Assembly (NCBI GenBank): GCA_963718665.1
Contig: OY970359.1
Location: 1-64,000, forward strand
Origin: an uncultured Phycisphaerales bacterium
GTDB lineage: Bacteria > Planctomycetota > Phycisphaerae > Sedimentisphaerales > Anaerobacaceae
Length of the DNA stretch: 64,000 nt
Reading direction: 5' to 3'
In this document: one piece after another, positions 37,922 to 47,907 of the stretch
How the letters are laid out: every line of letters begins with the position of its first letter
How positions within the stretch are numbered: the first letter of the stretch is position 1
Position numbers and translations under genes: made by a program
Notes under the pieces: generated by a model
The model's input: only the letters and a program-made list of their open reading frames with translations
What the model was told of the DNA's origin: nothing
Database searches by the model: none

Positions 37922-38401
37922 ATGACAAAGAAAAAACTCAATAACCAGCCAAATAAGACGCCCGTCATTCTCATCGTTGACGACAATCGCGAGAACCTCG
38001 AATTGCTGGAGGCCTATCTTGAGGATATTGATTGTAAGACAATCGCCGCCTACGACGGGCCTGAAGCCCTTGAAATCATTAGAAACGATAAGCCAGACCT
38101 TATCCTGCTCGATATTATGATGCCGAAAATGAGCGGCTTCGAGGTCTGCCGAAGGGTGAAAAATGACCCGGCGACCGCCCATATCCCCATCATTATGGTT
38201 ACTGCGCTCAACGATTTTGGCGATATGCAGCGGGCAGTCGATTGCGGCACCGATGATTTCGTTTCCAAGCCCGTCAACAAGCTCGAAATGCTCACCCGCG
38301 TCAAAACAATGCTCAAGCTCAAGCACCTGACCGACAAGCTGGAACGCACACTGGCATATCTGGCTGAAATCGAGAAACAGGCACAAATCCAGGCCGACTG
38401 A
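37922..38401 (+). CDS. Response regulator (receiver plus short helix)
   Basis: ILIVDD, LILLDIMMPKMSG, MVTAL, FVSKP. Confidence 0.92.
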   Translation: MTKKKLNNQPNKTPVILIVDDNRENLELLEAYLEDIDCKTIAAYDGPEALEIIRNDKPDLILLDIMMPKMSGFEVCRRVKNDPATAHIPIIMVTALNDFGDMQRAVDCGTDDFVSKPVNKLEMLTRVKTMLKLKHLTDKLERTLAYLAEIEKQAQIQAD

Positions 38402-38498
38402 TTCGTGAATATTAGAAAATCACTGGCAGGGGGGCAAGGTCCCAAAACTAACCGTCTGTTTTTCTGCCGCAAATGGAATAGTCGTTACAGCCGACACT

Positions 38499-40232
38499 TT
38501 GGCGCATAAAAATTCTCCCCGCCGGCCAATTTCCTTTAACCATCCTCAACCAGTCAATATCGGTGTGCCGATAATGCCTGTGGACGGAGGTTCCAGCCAT
38601 CTGGTCTATAAACAAAAGACCGGGCTTAACGAGGGGGATGGCTTCCCAATTGACAGACAACTTATGGGCCAGTTGCTATCGATAATAGGAAACGGCATCG
38701 GGGTCGAGATAGCGGACCTGATATGGCATTGTCTTCGCGAGTCCGCCAAGACGCTCGCCAGAACAGACCCCGCACACGCGCAGATGCTTGAGAAAGTCGT
38801 TGCCCTGGCCGACGCGAGAAAAACGTCGCTGCTTCGTCATCGGCTCGAAGAATACCGCACTATGCATCCGCGTTCACATTATGTCAATCTTGCGGCGGCT
38901 GCGATTGCCCTGGCAGACAGCCGGCTAAATGACGCCTTCGACCTGCTGAAATCGGTATATTCCAAATGCCCGCGAAATGTTACCGCGTTATACGCTTTGG
39001 GGCATTGCTGCGAACGACTCGGGCGAGAGGAAGACGCAATTGCCTTTTACCAGGATTGTCTCAAGTTTAAAAATCATCTCCAGTTCCCGCGTCAGCGTCT
39101 GGCGGCGATTTATTTCAGAAACGGGCAAATCGAAAAGACCATTACCGAGTACCAGCGTCTTGCCGCCGAATATCCTGATGACCTCTCAACGCTGCTTACG
39201 CTGGCACATCTTTATATAGCCGTCTCGCAATACAAGCTGGCGATTGATACGTTTTCTAACGCGATTCTTATGCAGCCGGATAATTTCTCGCCTGAAAACG
39301 ACGAGATTGATTCGCTTGTCGAGGCAGGGCAGTTCAATGACGCTCTTGATATGATTGAAAAGGCCCTCGAAGAATACCCGGACAGGCCTGATTTGCTTTT
39401 AAGGCGTGCCTCCATCTTCGCCTCGCTCGGGCAGGATGAGCAGGCACTCGATGAATTCAATCATACCATAGCCGTATGCCCGCATTTCCTTGACGCCAAT
39501 ATCAAGCTCGGCTCTCATTATATGCGACTGGGCAAACCCGCATCCGCAGCGATTCAGTTTACGCAGGCCGCCCTTATTAATGACCGTCTTGTTGACGCTT
39601 ATATAGGCCTGGCGACCGCCCAGAAACTCAGCAATAGTATATCCGAGGCGACGACTTCGCTTTCTTTGGCCGCGACAATCGACACCAACGGGCCGATGCT
39701 GTTCGCGCAGGCCGCCTGCCTGCAGTATAATACATCGTCTGCTGACTTCGAATTAAGGCCAATCGATATCATATTGGATGCCCAGACGCAGATGCTTAAG
39801 CTGAGGCCTCAAAACCCGGAAGTGCATTACCGGCTGGGTATACTTCTGATGAGTATAGGCCGTATTACCGAGGCGACTGAGCTGTTCAAAAGGGCGTTGA
39901 CGCTAAATCCTACCTTTGCGGCGGCCCGAAATAAGCTGGCCGTATGCCTGTATGAGACCGACGAAACGGCCTTTGCCCTCGAAACATTAATCCCGCCCAC
40001 CTGTCTTCAGCATGATACCCTCGACCTGCATTACCGTGTCGCCCTGCTTTATTGTGATAAAATTAAATTCGCATCCTGCCTGCTCGACCTTGAGCAATGG
40101 CTGCACGAAACGCTTGCCACAACCGACGCGGTAGTCAATATCTCGATTGTCCTGCAAAACCTCGGCCTGCTCGACCCGGTTTACTCGACATGGGATAACT
40201 TTGTTCCCGCCGTCGCCTGCACAACTGAATAA
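38499..40232 (+). CDS. TPR-repeat protein (start uncertain, possibly about 38640-38664)
   Basis: Multiple TPR units such as ALYALGHCCERLGREEDAIAFYQ and VHYRLGILLMSIGRITEA. Confidence 0.8.
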   Translation: MAHKNSPRRPISFNHPQPVNIGVPIMPVDGGSSHLVYKQKTGLNEGDGFPIDRQLMGQLLSIIGNGIGVEIADLIWHCLRESAKTLARTDPAHAQMLEKVVALADARKTSLLRHRLEEYRTMHPRSHYVNLAAAAIALADSRLNDAFDLLKSVYSKCPRNVTALYALGHCCERLGREEDAIAFYQDCLKFKNHLQFPRQRLAAIYFRNGQIEKTITEYQRLAAEYPDDLSTLLTLAHLYIAVSQYKLAIDTFSNAILMQPDNFSPENDEIDSLVEAGQFNDALDMIEKALEEYPDRPDLLLRRASIFASLGQDEQALDEFNHTIAVCPHFLDANIKLGSHYMRLGKPASAAIQFTQAALINDRLVDAYIGLATAQKLSNSISEATTSLSLAATIDTNGPMLFAQAACLQYNTSSADFELRPIDIILDAQTQMLKLRPQNPEVHYRLGILLMSIGRITEATELFKRALTLNPTFAAARNKLAVCLYETDETAFALETLIPPTCLQHDTLDLHYRVALLYCDKIKFASCLLDLEQWLHETLATTDAVVNISIVLQNLGLLDPVYSTWDNFVPAVACTTE

Positions 40233-40374
40233 ATGCCGCAAACGCCTGTTATAGCCGTAATCCCGCTAAATCCGCCCAAACCTGCCTAAAAACCTGAATG
40301 AAACATAACATATATTATGAGACGTTAGATATTGTGTGCTCAGATACAGGTTTGCTCTATCTTAAGGGCTTATT

Positions 40375-41052
40375 TTAAAAGTTTTCGTTCTGTGTCTCAA
40401 CAGCGCAACGCAATGCTACAGGCGGGCCAAGTATCTCGTAATTCAGAATCGCCTTGCGGAAACCGTCGGCAGTTGAGTATTGCTCCGCAAGCTCCGAAAT
40501 ATAATGATGATGAATAATTTCCGGCTCGCTTGAAGCTTTTGCGTTTTCAGGTGTGAGTGCGTCAACCTTTTGTAAACCCGATTCAACTTTTTGCAAATTC
40601 GGCTTATAGACCGGTAAGGGTATGCCCACATCCGGCTTTTCGAGAATCTTTACGACCCTAAGCTTAGGTCCTTCCTGCTCAGGTGCGCTTTGCATCTGGT
40701 AAGCCGGTTTTCGGGTTGGTATCTGCACAGGCCTGCGAGGCGGCGGTGTTTTGGGCTGAGGCGACCTGGCAGGGGGCTGAAATTGTTCATTTTCCCTCTC
40801 TTGGACCTCCCTGCCGGTCTCTTTTTGGGCTTCTGCGTACCGCTCCCTGATTATCTTTGCAATATCGCCAAAGCCGGGTTTGTGTTTTTCCTGGCCTTTG
40901 GCTGATTCCTCTTCTGTGCCCTTTTTGCCCTTTTGTGCGGCCTTGGCAATCGCGCCAACCACCCATATCACAAAAAAGATAATCAGCGGCACAAGCTTGC
41001 CGAGATTTTCTGTCTCGTCGCTGCCCAATACTTTGTTTAACCAGTAACTCAT
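40375..41052 (-). CDS. Single-TM hypothetical protein downstream of floA
   Basis: N-terminal TM, Pro/Gln-rich linker, C-terminal FRKAILNYEILGPPVALR. Confidence 0.75.
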   Translation of the reverse strand: MSYWLNKVLGSDETENLGKLVPLIIFFVIWVVGAIAKAAQKGKKGTEEESAKGQEKHKPGFGDIAKIIRERYAEAQKETGREVQERENEQFQPPARSPQPKTPPPRRPVQIPTRKPAYQMQSAPEQEGPKLRVVKILEKPDVGIPLPVYKPNLQKVESGLQKVDALTPENAKASSEPEIIHHHYISELAEQYSTADGFRKAILNYEILGPPVALRCAVETQNENF

Positions 41053-41068
41053 TATCTCTTAATCTTTT

Positions 41069-42343
41069 TTACTTCTTGTCCACCTTTGAAATCGAGTCCC
41101 TCATCGACGTATCCGCACTTATATTTTTCATCCGGTAATAATCCATTATCCCGAGATTGCCCTTGATGAACGCCTCTGCCATCGCCAGCGGGACTTTCGC
41201 CTCATTCTCAACCACCAGCGCCTGCTTCTCAACCACCAGCGCCTGCTTCTCAACCACCAGCGCCTTCATCTCCTGCTCGCGGGCGACGGCCATAGCGCGG
41301 CGACCTTCCGCTTCGGCCTGGCGCATTCGCTTGTCTGCTTCAGCTCTTTCGGTTTCCAGCATGGCACCGACGTTCGATACCTCCTTGTCTTTAGTGCTTA
41401 CGCCGGCAACGCTTACGTCAGCAATATCGATAGAGACAATTTCGAATGCCGTTTGAGCATCGAGACCGCTTTCTAATACTTTCCGCGAAATTCGGTCTGG
41501 ATGTTCCAGAACATCTTTATAAGTTTCTGCTGAACCAATTGCGCTGACAATGCCCTGGCCGACACGGGCAATAATAGTTTCATCGGTAGCGCCTCGTACC
41601 AACTGGTTAATGTTCGACCGGACGGTAACTCTGGCTCGTACCAATAACCTGATGCCATCCTTGGCAACGGCATCAAGCAACATCGCCCTATCCAGCGGAC
41701 AATCTATAATTTTCGGAGTAACAGTAGTTTCTACCGCTCTGAGTATGTCCCGCCCCGCCAGGTCGATTGCGCGGGCGACATCAAAGGAAAGTGGAATATT
41801 GGCCCGATTTGCTGCAATGATGGCTTGAACTACATCTATGACATGGCCGCCCGCGAAATGATGTGCCTGCAACTGCGCGAAAGTGACTGGAAGGTCGGCC
41901 TTACGGGCAATAATCAAAGCATTGACACAAACCATGACATCGCCCTGTGCCTGATACGACGCTAAAAAGCGTTTTTTTTGTGCAGCTTTTTCTTTTAACC
42001 ATGGTTCATTAGGCTGCATATCACTGTCTCGCTCCTGCAGGTCCTTGTAGCGAAATTCATTTTTATCAACCAACCATACGCTTTCGAGCTGCTGGGTGGT
42101 TAAATCAGAAACACCGGCCTGCACAGCCGCAATCCTGGCGCGAACTATATACTCGCGAGGAACACGACGCAAATACATGCCAATCAACTCAAAAAGGCTG
42201 ACGTGTGCCCCGCTAAAAAAGGCCATAATCCAAATCCTTATGAACGAAATAAAGATAAGGAAGGGAATAATTGCGATTACGCCAATTATAATTACTGCTA
42301 TTACCAGGCCATTGGCTTCAGCCAATAAAAAATTTGTTTCCAT
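41069..42343 (-). CDS. floA: Flotillin-like protein FloA (YqfA family)
   Basis: [62 protein letters not shown]. Confidence 0.92.
   Translation of the reverse strand: METNFLLAEANGLVIAVIIIGVIAIIPFLIFISFIRIWIMAFFSGAHVSLFELIGMYLRRVPREYIVRARIAAVQAGVSDLTTQQLESVWLVDKNEFRYKDLQERDSDMQPNEPWLKEKAAQKKRFLASYQAQGDVMVCVNALIIARKADLPVTFAQLQAHHFAGGHVIDVVQAIIAANRANIPLSFDVARAIDLAGRDILRAVETTVTPKIIDCPLDRAMLLDAVAKDGIRLLVRARVTVRSNINQLVRGATDETIIARVGQGIVSAIGSAETYKDVLEHPDRISRKVLESGLDAQTAFEIVSIDIADVSVAGVSTKDKEVSNVGAMLETERAEADKRMRQAEAEGRRAMAVAREQEMKALVVEKQALVVEKQALVVENEAKVPLAMAEAFIKGNLGIMDYYRMKNISADTSMRDSISKVDKK
41205..41265. repeat. Perfect 21-bp tandem repeat (about 3 copies) in floA
   Basis: (TTCTCAACCACCAGCGCCTGC)x2 plus 19 nt; encodes [19 protein letters not shown]. 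Confidence 0.9.
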
Positions 42344-42365
42344 TTTTGTATGCTCCTAATAAAAC

Positions 42366-42854
42366 TTATATTTTTTTTGCGACAACTATATTATTTCCTT
42401 CGACTTTTTTAACTATTATTTCAACCGATGCCTCGATCATTCCACCCTGGGAGACGACGCTATATCGTTTACCACCTATTTCAGCAATACCTGATGGCCG
42501 CAACTCTGTAACAGTCATCCCGCCTTTATCTCTAAGGCGACGGAAGTCTTCGCCACTGATTCCGGGCTCGCCGCGAGCTTTATCGAATTCTTCCTGATGT
42601 TCCACCAGTATCATTCTACGCCCAAAAGGTATCTTCGGGAGAAGCTTGACCCCAAGCAAAACCAGCACAGGAATACTGATAAAAATAATAAACAGGATAA
42701 CCAATCCCATTGATACGCTGGATATAAAACCAAGTATTACGGCTGCCAATAAAGAAGCTATTGCAAGAACGCTCAGTATACCGCCGGAAGGCAGAATCGC
42801 CTCAAGAAATACCAGCAGAATTCCAACAACCAGTAATAAGATTGCGTATGTCAA
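42366..42854 (-). CDS. Short NfeD-family protein (TM plus OB fold)
   Basis: LEAILPSGGILS; TELRPSGIAEIGGKRYSVVSQG. Confidence 0.85.
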   Translation of the reverse strand: MTYAILLLVVGILLVFLEAILPSGGILSVLAIASLLAAVILGFISSVSMGLVILFIIFISIPVLVLLGVKLLPKIPFGRRMILVEHQEEFDKARGEPGISGEDFRRLRDKGGMTVTELRPSGIAEIGGKRYSVVSQGGMIEASVEIIVKKVEGNNIVVAKKI

Positions 42855-42878
42855 AACACTCCCCTCAATAGCATTTAC

Positions 42879-44411
42879 TTAAGAGACACCTTGGTCACCA
42901 GATATTTCCTTTACTACTATATTGTTTCCTTCAATAGATTCAACAATAATTTCTTTATTCTTATCTATGAACTCTCCGCGAGAAACGACATTCACCCTTT
43001 CTAGTCCAAATTGAGCGATACCGGAGGGTCTTAGCTGGCTGATGGTAATGCCTTTCTGTGCGATTTCGACCAGCGGTTTCTCAGATGACATTCCATATTG
43101 TACCGCATCAGTTTCCACCGGCGAAGCCAATATCAGCTTTTTAGCGATAGGAATTTTAGGTAGATATTTTGAAAACAGCCAAGCCAAAACCAGAAACGCG
43201 AGGAATCCAAGCCCAATCGCCCAAACCTGGTCTGTAAACATTTTCCAGTCATAGTCGCTTCTGGGCCATGGAATCTCGCCGGGCGGGGTCTTTATGAGCA
43301 TCCCGAATAATCCGGCCAACACGAAAATTATCCCAATAACTCCCACAAAACCAAAGCCGGGTATGACAAAAACCTCAACAAGTATCAGCAGCACACCCGT
43401 TACGAATATCACCACCTCAACCCAGTTGGCCATCCCCGTCAGGAACTTGCTACCGACGATTATCACAAAACAAAGCACTGCAACTAAACCCGGCAGCCAG
43501 AGCCCGGGGGTTTGAAATTCAATATAAAGGCCTAACAGGGCAATTGTTACCAAAACTCCCAGTACCGCCGGCGAATTGAGCCAGCGAACCATTTCCTCCG
43601 ACCAGTTTGTTTCGAGCGTTACAGGCGGTCCGCTGAATTCGACGCCGTCTCGTTTTTCAAGGAAACTCAGTACGCCGTTGACGTCCTTGACGACTGCCCT
43701 GGCGATGCCGTATTCGTAGGCCTTGCTCGCCGTAAGCGTAAGCAACTCTCTATCGTTATTGACAAGTTCCTTATTATCAAGGTCATAAGTATTGGCATCT
43801 TTGGGAAGCTGTTCCGTTTCAAAATACTCCCATTGGCTGGTTTCTTTATTTTTTACCCTGTAAACCTCCGTTCCTACTGTTACCATTGCCTTTAGCAATG
43901 CCTGCGGGTATTTGTTCGCCTCGCCCGCCCTTGCAAACGTCGCCCGCACAAACGACTCGATTTTTTCCCTTTCAACCCCTTCCAGTTTGCCGCCCAGCGT
44001 TATCGGGGCACAATCACCTATTGTCGTGTTTTCGCGCATTAAGATATCGTTGCAAGACACTGAAATCATTGCCCCTGCCGATATTGCCTCGGTATTTATG
44101 TAGGCAACCGTATGCGCTCTTTTAGCGACATCGAGGATAAAATATTTTGATATGTCATCCGCTGCGGCAACCTCTCCGCCGTAGGTTTCTATCTGGTAAA
44201 TCAGGTAACCAGCGCCGCCGTTGAGCGCGATTTCCGTTCTTCGCTTTATTGATTTATAAAGCCCATCGTCGATTGTCCCCTTGCAGACAATCACCGCCGC
44301 CTGCACCATTTTTTTCTTTTCCGGCGCAGCGGCTTCTTCCCCGCGAATGACAGATAACCCCCCTATTGCCAATACCGTCCCCAATAACATTATTCGGCTT
44401 AAATTCTTCAT
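42879..44411 (-). CDS. nfeD: Long NfeD-family membrane serine protease (ClpP class)
   Basis: IETYGG, AISAGAMIS, TIGDCAPI, TM region, LRPSG OB fold. Confidence 0.88.
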   Translation of the reverse strand: MKNLSRIMLLGTVLAIGGLSVIRGEEAAAPEKKKMVQAAVIVCKGTIDDGLYKSIKRRTEIALNGGAGYLIYQIETYGGEVAAADDISKYFILDVAKRAHTVAYINTEAISAGAMISVSCNDILMRENTTIGDCAPITLGGKLEGVEREKIESFVRATFARAGEANKYPQALLKAMVTVGTEVYRVKNKETSQWEYFETEQLPKDANTYDLDNKELVNNDRELLTLTASKAYEYGIARAVVKDVNGVLSFLEKRDGVEFSGPPVTLETNWSEEMVRWLNSPAVLGVLVTIALLGLYIEFQTPGLWLPGLVAVLCFVIIVGSKFLTGMANWVEVVIFVTGVLLILVEVFVIPGFGFVGVIGIIFVLAGLFGMLIKTPPGEIPWPRSDYDWKMFTDQVWAIGLGFLAFLVLAWLFSKYLPKIPIAKKLILASPVETDAVQYGMSSEKPLVEIAQKGITISQLRPSGIAQFGLERVNVVSRGEFIDKNKEIIVESIEGNNIVVKEISGDQGVS

Positions 44412-44461
44412 AGCCAAAATCTCGCTCCCGCCTAATTTAACTCGACAACTCAAAACTAATT

Positions 44462-45577
44462 TCATGCCATTTTGCGCAGAATTTCGACGCCCTTGCGTAT
44501 CTTGTCGTCGCTGGTCGCGTAGCTTATGCGAAAATGTGTATCCTTTTCGCTGAACACGTTGCCCGGTATTACAAGGACGTTGTTAGCTATTGCCTTTTCG
44601 ACGAATTTGCTCGATTGGCCGTCCGGTGCTTTTACGAAGGCGTAAAACGCCCCCGCGGGCTTAACTACCTCGAATTTATCCTTCAAACCTTCGTAAATCA
44701 AGTCACGTTTTTTGCGGTAGGCGGTCACAATAGAAGTTACATCATAATCCATCGCCGAGGCGATCGCTTTCTGAAAAGGCGAAGGCGCGCATACGAAAGT
44801 GTATTGCTGTATTTTTATCATCTGGTCTATGATTTCACCAGCTTCGCCCCCTGCCGCAGCGTAGCCGAGGCGCCAGCCCGTAACTCCGTAGATCTTTCCG
44901 AACCCGCGAAGCAGTATTGCCCTGTCGCAATACTTTACTATTGTTTCGCTGGGGCCGTCGTAGCTATATTTTTCGTATATTTCGTCACTCAATACAACAA
45001 TATTATTTTTAGAGGCAATATTTGCAATTTCTTTCAATTGCTTACCGCCGAATATCACCCCCGTCGGGTTACAAGGCGAGTTGATTATTATCATCTTTGT
45101 TTTGGGCGTAACTGCATCTTTAATTTTACCCGGGTCAAGCTCGAATTTCGGATAGCAATCCACAAATACGCATTTGCCGCCTAACATATTAACCAGGTGC
45201 TTATACATCACAAAATACGGGTCGGGTATTATTACTTCATCCCCGGGGTTAATCAACGCCAGAAACGCCAGCAGAATACCGCCGCTGACGCCGCTGGTTA
45301 TCATCAACCTTTGTTTTTCCCAGCCGAATTCCGCCTTGAGGCCGCCCGCGATTTTGGCAAGCAGCTCCTCGTCGCCTGCCGTCTGGGAATACTTATTGAC
45401 GCCCCGTTCTATTGCCTGTATTGCCTCTCGTTTAATCGCTTCGGGCGTATCGAAATCCGGCTGACCTATCGAAAAATTAATCGGGTCCTTCATTTGTGCG
45501 GCAAGCGCAAAAACCTTCCGTATGCCGCTCGAATCGATATATTTCATTCTGTCTGCAAGTATTTTTTTCATAGCCAT
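44462..45577 (-). CDS. PLP-dependent class I/II aminotransferase
   Basis: SIGQPDF, NSPCNPTG, SDEIY, GFGKIYGVTGWRLG, HFRISYA. Confidence 0.92.
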   Translation of the reverse strand: MAMKKILADRMKYIDSSGIRKVFALAAQMKDPINFSIGQPDFDTPEAIKREAIQAIERGVNKYSQTAGDEELLAKIAGGLKAEFGWEKQRLMITSGVSGGILLAFLALINPGDEVIIPDPYFVMYKHLVNMLGGKCVFVDCYPKFELDPGKIKDAVTPKTKMIIINSPCNPTGVIFGGKQLKEIANIASKNNIVVLSDEIYEKYSYDGPSETIVKYCDRAILLRGFGKIYGVTGWRLGYAAAGGEAGEIIDQMIKIQQYTFVCAPSPFQKAIASAMDYDVTSIVTAYRKKRDLIYEGLKDKFEVVKPAGAFYAFVKAPDGQSSKFVEKAIANNVLVIPGNVFSEKDTHFRISYATSDDKIRKGVEILRKMA

Positions 45578-45800
45578 ATAATATACCCCCCTTTTCTTCG
45601 CAAGCCAACTGAAAAACCGTTCCAAAAACCCATTTCACCTGCCCTGCGCAGCGTAAGTAAAGCAATGGGCATTGCGAAATTGCTGGGCAGAATCTAATAA
45701 CAACCAATGAATGTTGACTAAGCCGGCGTTTGCCGATAGAATTCGATTTTGTAAATTGTAATAAAGCGAGAATGGCAGGTACAATCAGGATTGAACTCGA

Positions 45801-46238
45801 ATGGACAAATCGGCTATCAGGATACTGTGGGCAGAAGACAACCTGGGCGATATCCTTCTCGTTAAGGAGGCCTTCAAGCAGGCAGGCCTTGCCCCTCATC
45901 TTAATGTGGTTGACAACGGCGTTGAAGCGACGGATTTCCTTTTCCATCGCGGCCGATATGCGCACGCACTGTCGCCCCAGCTTATAATCTTAGACCTGAA
46001 TATGCCCAGAAAGAACGGCCGTGAAGTCATACGAGACATCAAGACCGCCCCCGCCCTGCTGCAGATACCGCTTGTTGTCCTGACCTCTTCAAGCGACGAC
46101 CTCGATGTCCTCCATGGTCTCGACCCTAATCGCTGCCTTTATCTCGTCAAGCCGACAACCTTCCTCGCATTGATTGACTTGGCCAAACAAATCAACAACT
46201 TTTGGCTGTCGATTACCAACCCGGACACAAAACCTTGA
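45801..46238 (+). CDS. Stand-alone response regulator (Rcp1-like)
   Basis: ILWAEDN, IILDLNMPRKNG, VVLTSS, YLVKP. Confidence 0.88.
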   Translation: MDKSAIRILWAEDNLGDILLVKEAFKQAGLAPHLNVVDNGVEATDFLFHRGRYAHALSPQLIILDLNMPRKNGREVIRDIKTAPALLQIPLVVLTSSSDDLDVLHGLDPNRCLYLVKPTTFLALIDLAKQINNFWLSITNPDTKP

Positions 46239-46406
46239 CGAACCTTCTCACTAATGGGCACAGGACTTCTCAGCACAACAACCGCCAGCAGTTTTTCTGT
46301 TCAGATTCCGGTGCCAACTCCTGAACTGGCTTCTTTACTTCTTCTGACGCTGGCATTGCCTTTTCTGCTGAAAACCCGCAGGCACAAATCCTGAAAACCA
46401 CACAAC

Positions 46407-46435
46407 AAAAAAGGCCGGCGATTCACCGGCCTTTT
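46407..46435. terminator. Bidirectional-looking intrinsic terminator
   Basis: AAAAAAGGCCGG-CGATTCA-CCGGCCTTTT. Confidence 0.8.
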
Positions 46436-46458
46436 CAAGCATCGTTCAGGTATCTGTC

Positions 46459-46814
46459 TTATTTCTTCTTTGCTTCTTTTGCCGGTTTTCCAGCAGCGGG
46501 TGCTCCAGCTTTTGCGGCTGGCGCTCCTGCCTTGGCTACCGGTGCTGCTTTTGCGCCCGGCGCCGCCGGAGCCGCCCCTTCTGCGGCTGGTGCGCCTTCC
46601 GCACCGGCCACTGCGCCTCTGCGCCTTCTTCTTTCGCTTTGGCCACCTTCTTGGTATGGGTTTTTCTGTGACCAACCTTAGGCAGTCCGAGAACAGACCG
46701 ACCATCATCCCATTTTTCCTCGTCCTGCAATTTCTCTATGCGCTCCGCTCGTGTCAACACGTTGCGGTGCCTAACAAGTGCATCCTTCAATCTCAACGAC
46801 CGGTCAATCGACAT
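46459..46814 (-). CDS. PVC small basic protein (TIGR04137-like) with Ala/Pro/Lys-rich tail (apparent 1-nt deletion at about 46617)
   Basis: MSIDRSL..RHRNVLTRAERI..SVLGLPKV; AGGAG SD. Restoring one base gives EGAEGAVAGAEGAPAAEG...PAKEAKKK* ending just before the terminator. Confidence 0.85.
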
Positions 46815-46832
46815 CAAATATTCTCCTAAAAC

Positions 46833-47546
46833 TTAATCGTCAAACTTCTTCCCATAGGCGTCACTAAATGGATTAGGCCCGAACGTTTCGAACCCAGCCG
46901 GCGCTTTATAACCCGCACCAAGCTCAATTATCTTCTGCTTAGCCAGGTATCCGTCGGTCCCCACCTTTCCGGGATTATCATATTTATTTTTTGTTACCAG
47001 ATAATACCAGTTGTCCTTTTCAATAATCTCAGTTGCAACGCCCATTTTGTCAAAGTACTCTTTGGCCGGTTCTAAATGCGACCTGACCTGGTACATCTTT
47101 AATACAATTCTGTTTTTTCCCGTCGATGTCGGCTGATTGGCCGCCACTGTTGCGGCGGAAGTATCCTGCGCTGCCGGCTGTTTTAGAACAGGAGTATCCT
47201 GCGTTACCGGTTTAGGCGTTACGGGCTTCGCAGCCGCCGGCGTATTCGCCGGAATATTCCTGTTGCCAACCCGCTGGCCTAATCGAAACAACACTACAGC
47301 CGCCAGCAGCATACCAAGCGCAATCGCTATACCAACCTGATACGGTATCGAAAATTCAATCCGGCCCGAGTTAAACTGAGCAAAGCTGGGTTTTCTTACC
47401 CATCGCACCACATTGGGTAAGGTTTCCGGATTAGTCGAAGGGTTTTCCCCTGCCGTGCTATTCGGATGCAACTGCTCATAGCCCGACTTCGACCCGGCCC
47501 TGCCAATAACCTCGTACAACGCCTTTTTCTTCGTATTATGTACCAT
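46833..47546 (-). CDS. Hypothetical membrane-anchored protein (TM, Pro/Thr linker, globular C-domain)
   Basis: 237-aa ORF co-oriented with neighbours; single TM VGIAIALGMLLAAVVLF. Confidence 0.7.
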   Translation of the reverse strand: MVHNTKKKALYEVIGRAGSKSGYEQLHPNSTAGENPSTNPETLPNVVRWVRKPSFAQFNSGRIEFSIPYQVGIAIALGMLLAAVVLFRLGQRVGNRNIPANTPAAAKPVTPKPVTQDTPVLKQPAAQDTSAATVAANQPTSTGKNRIVLKMYQVRSHLEPAKEYFDKMGVATEIIEKDNWYYLVTKNKYDNPGKVGTDGYLAKQKIIELGAGYKAPAGFETFGPNPFSDAYGKKFDD

Positions 47547-47866
47547 AGCAGTCGCCGCCTAAAACCAGCACCTTTTTACACTATTGCCGCATCCTTTTCA
47601 ATAACAAAATTCAACTATTTAACGCCTGTCCACCTGCGTTAGCATTTTTTCCTGCCTTACTTTTGCTCCCTTAGGTATTCCTTCAGCAAGTGGCTTTTTG
47701 TGTGGAGCTATTCATATCCACTGTCTTTTGCAGAAAAAATGCTTCTACAGTGCCATACAGTTGTCACACCCCCCAGAAAATTCCTTGAATTTAATGGAGA
47801 TCTGGCTGATTTTGATTTCTGTTGCACACTGGAAAAATCGCCCACACCCAGCAACACTTTTACACC

Positions 47867-47893
47867 ACCCCCCGCTTTACCGGGGGGTTTTTT
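47867..47893 (+). terminator. Intrinsic terminator with T tract on + strand
   Basis: ACCCCCCG-CTTTAC-CGGGGGGT-TTTTT. Confidence 0.7.
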
Positions 47894-47907
47894 AATGGTC
47901 AACGAAT

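Noticed and set aside
38630..38670. Possible fifth frameshift giving an MASPIDRQLM start for the TPR gene
   Set aside because: The frame is already open upstream and the SD spacing is poor; cannot decide without homologs.
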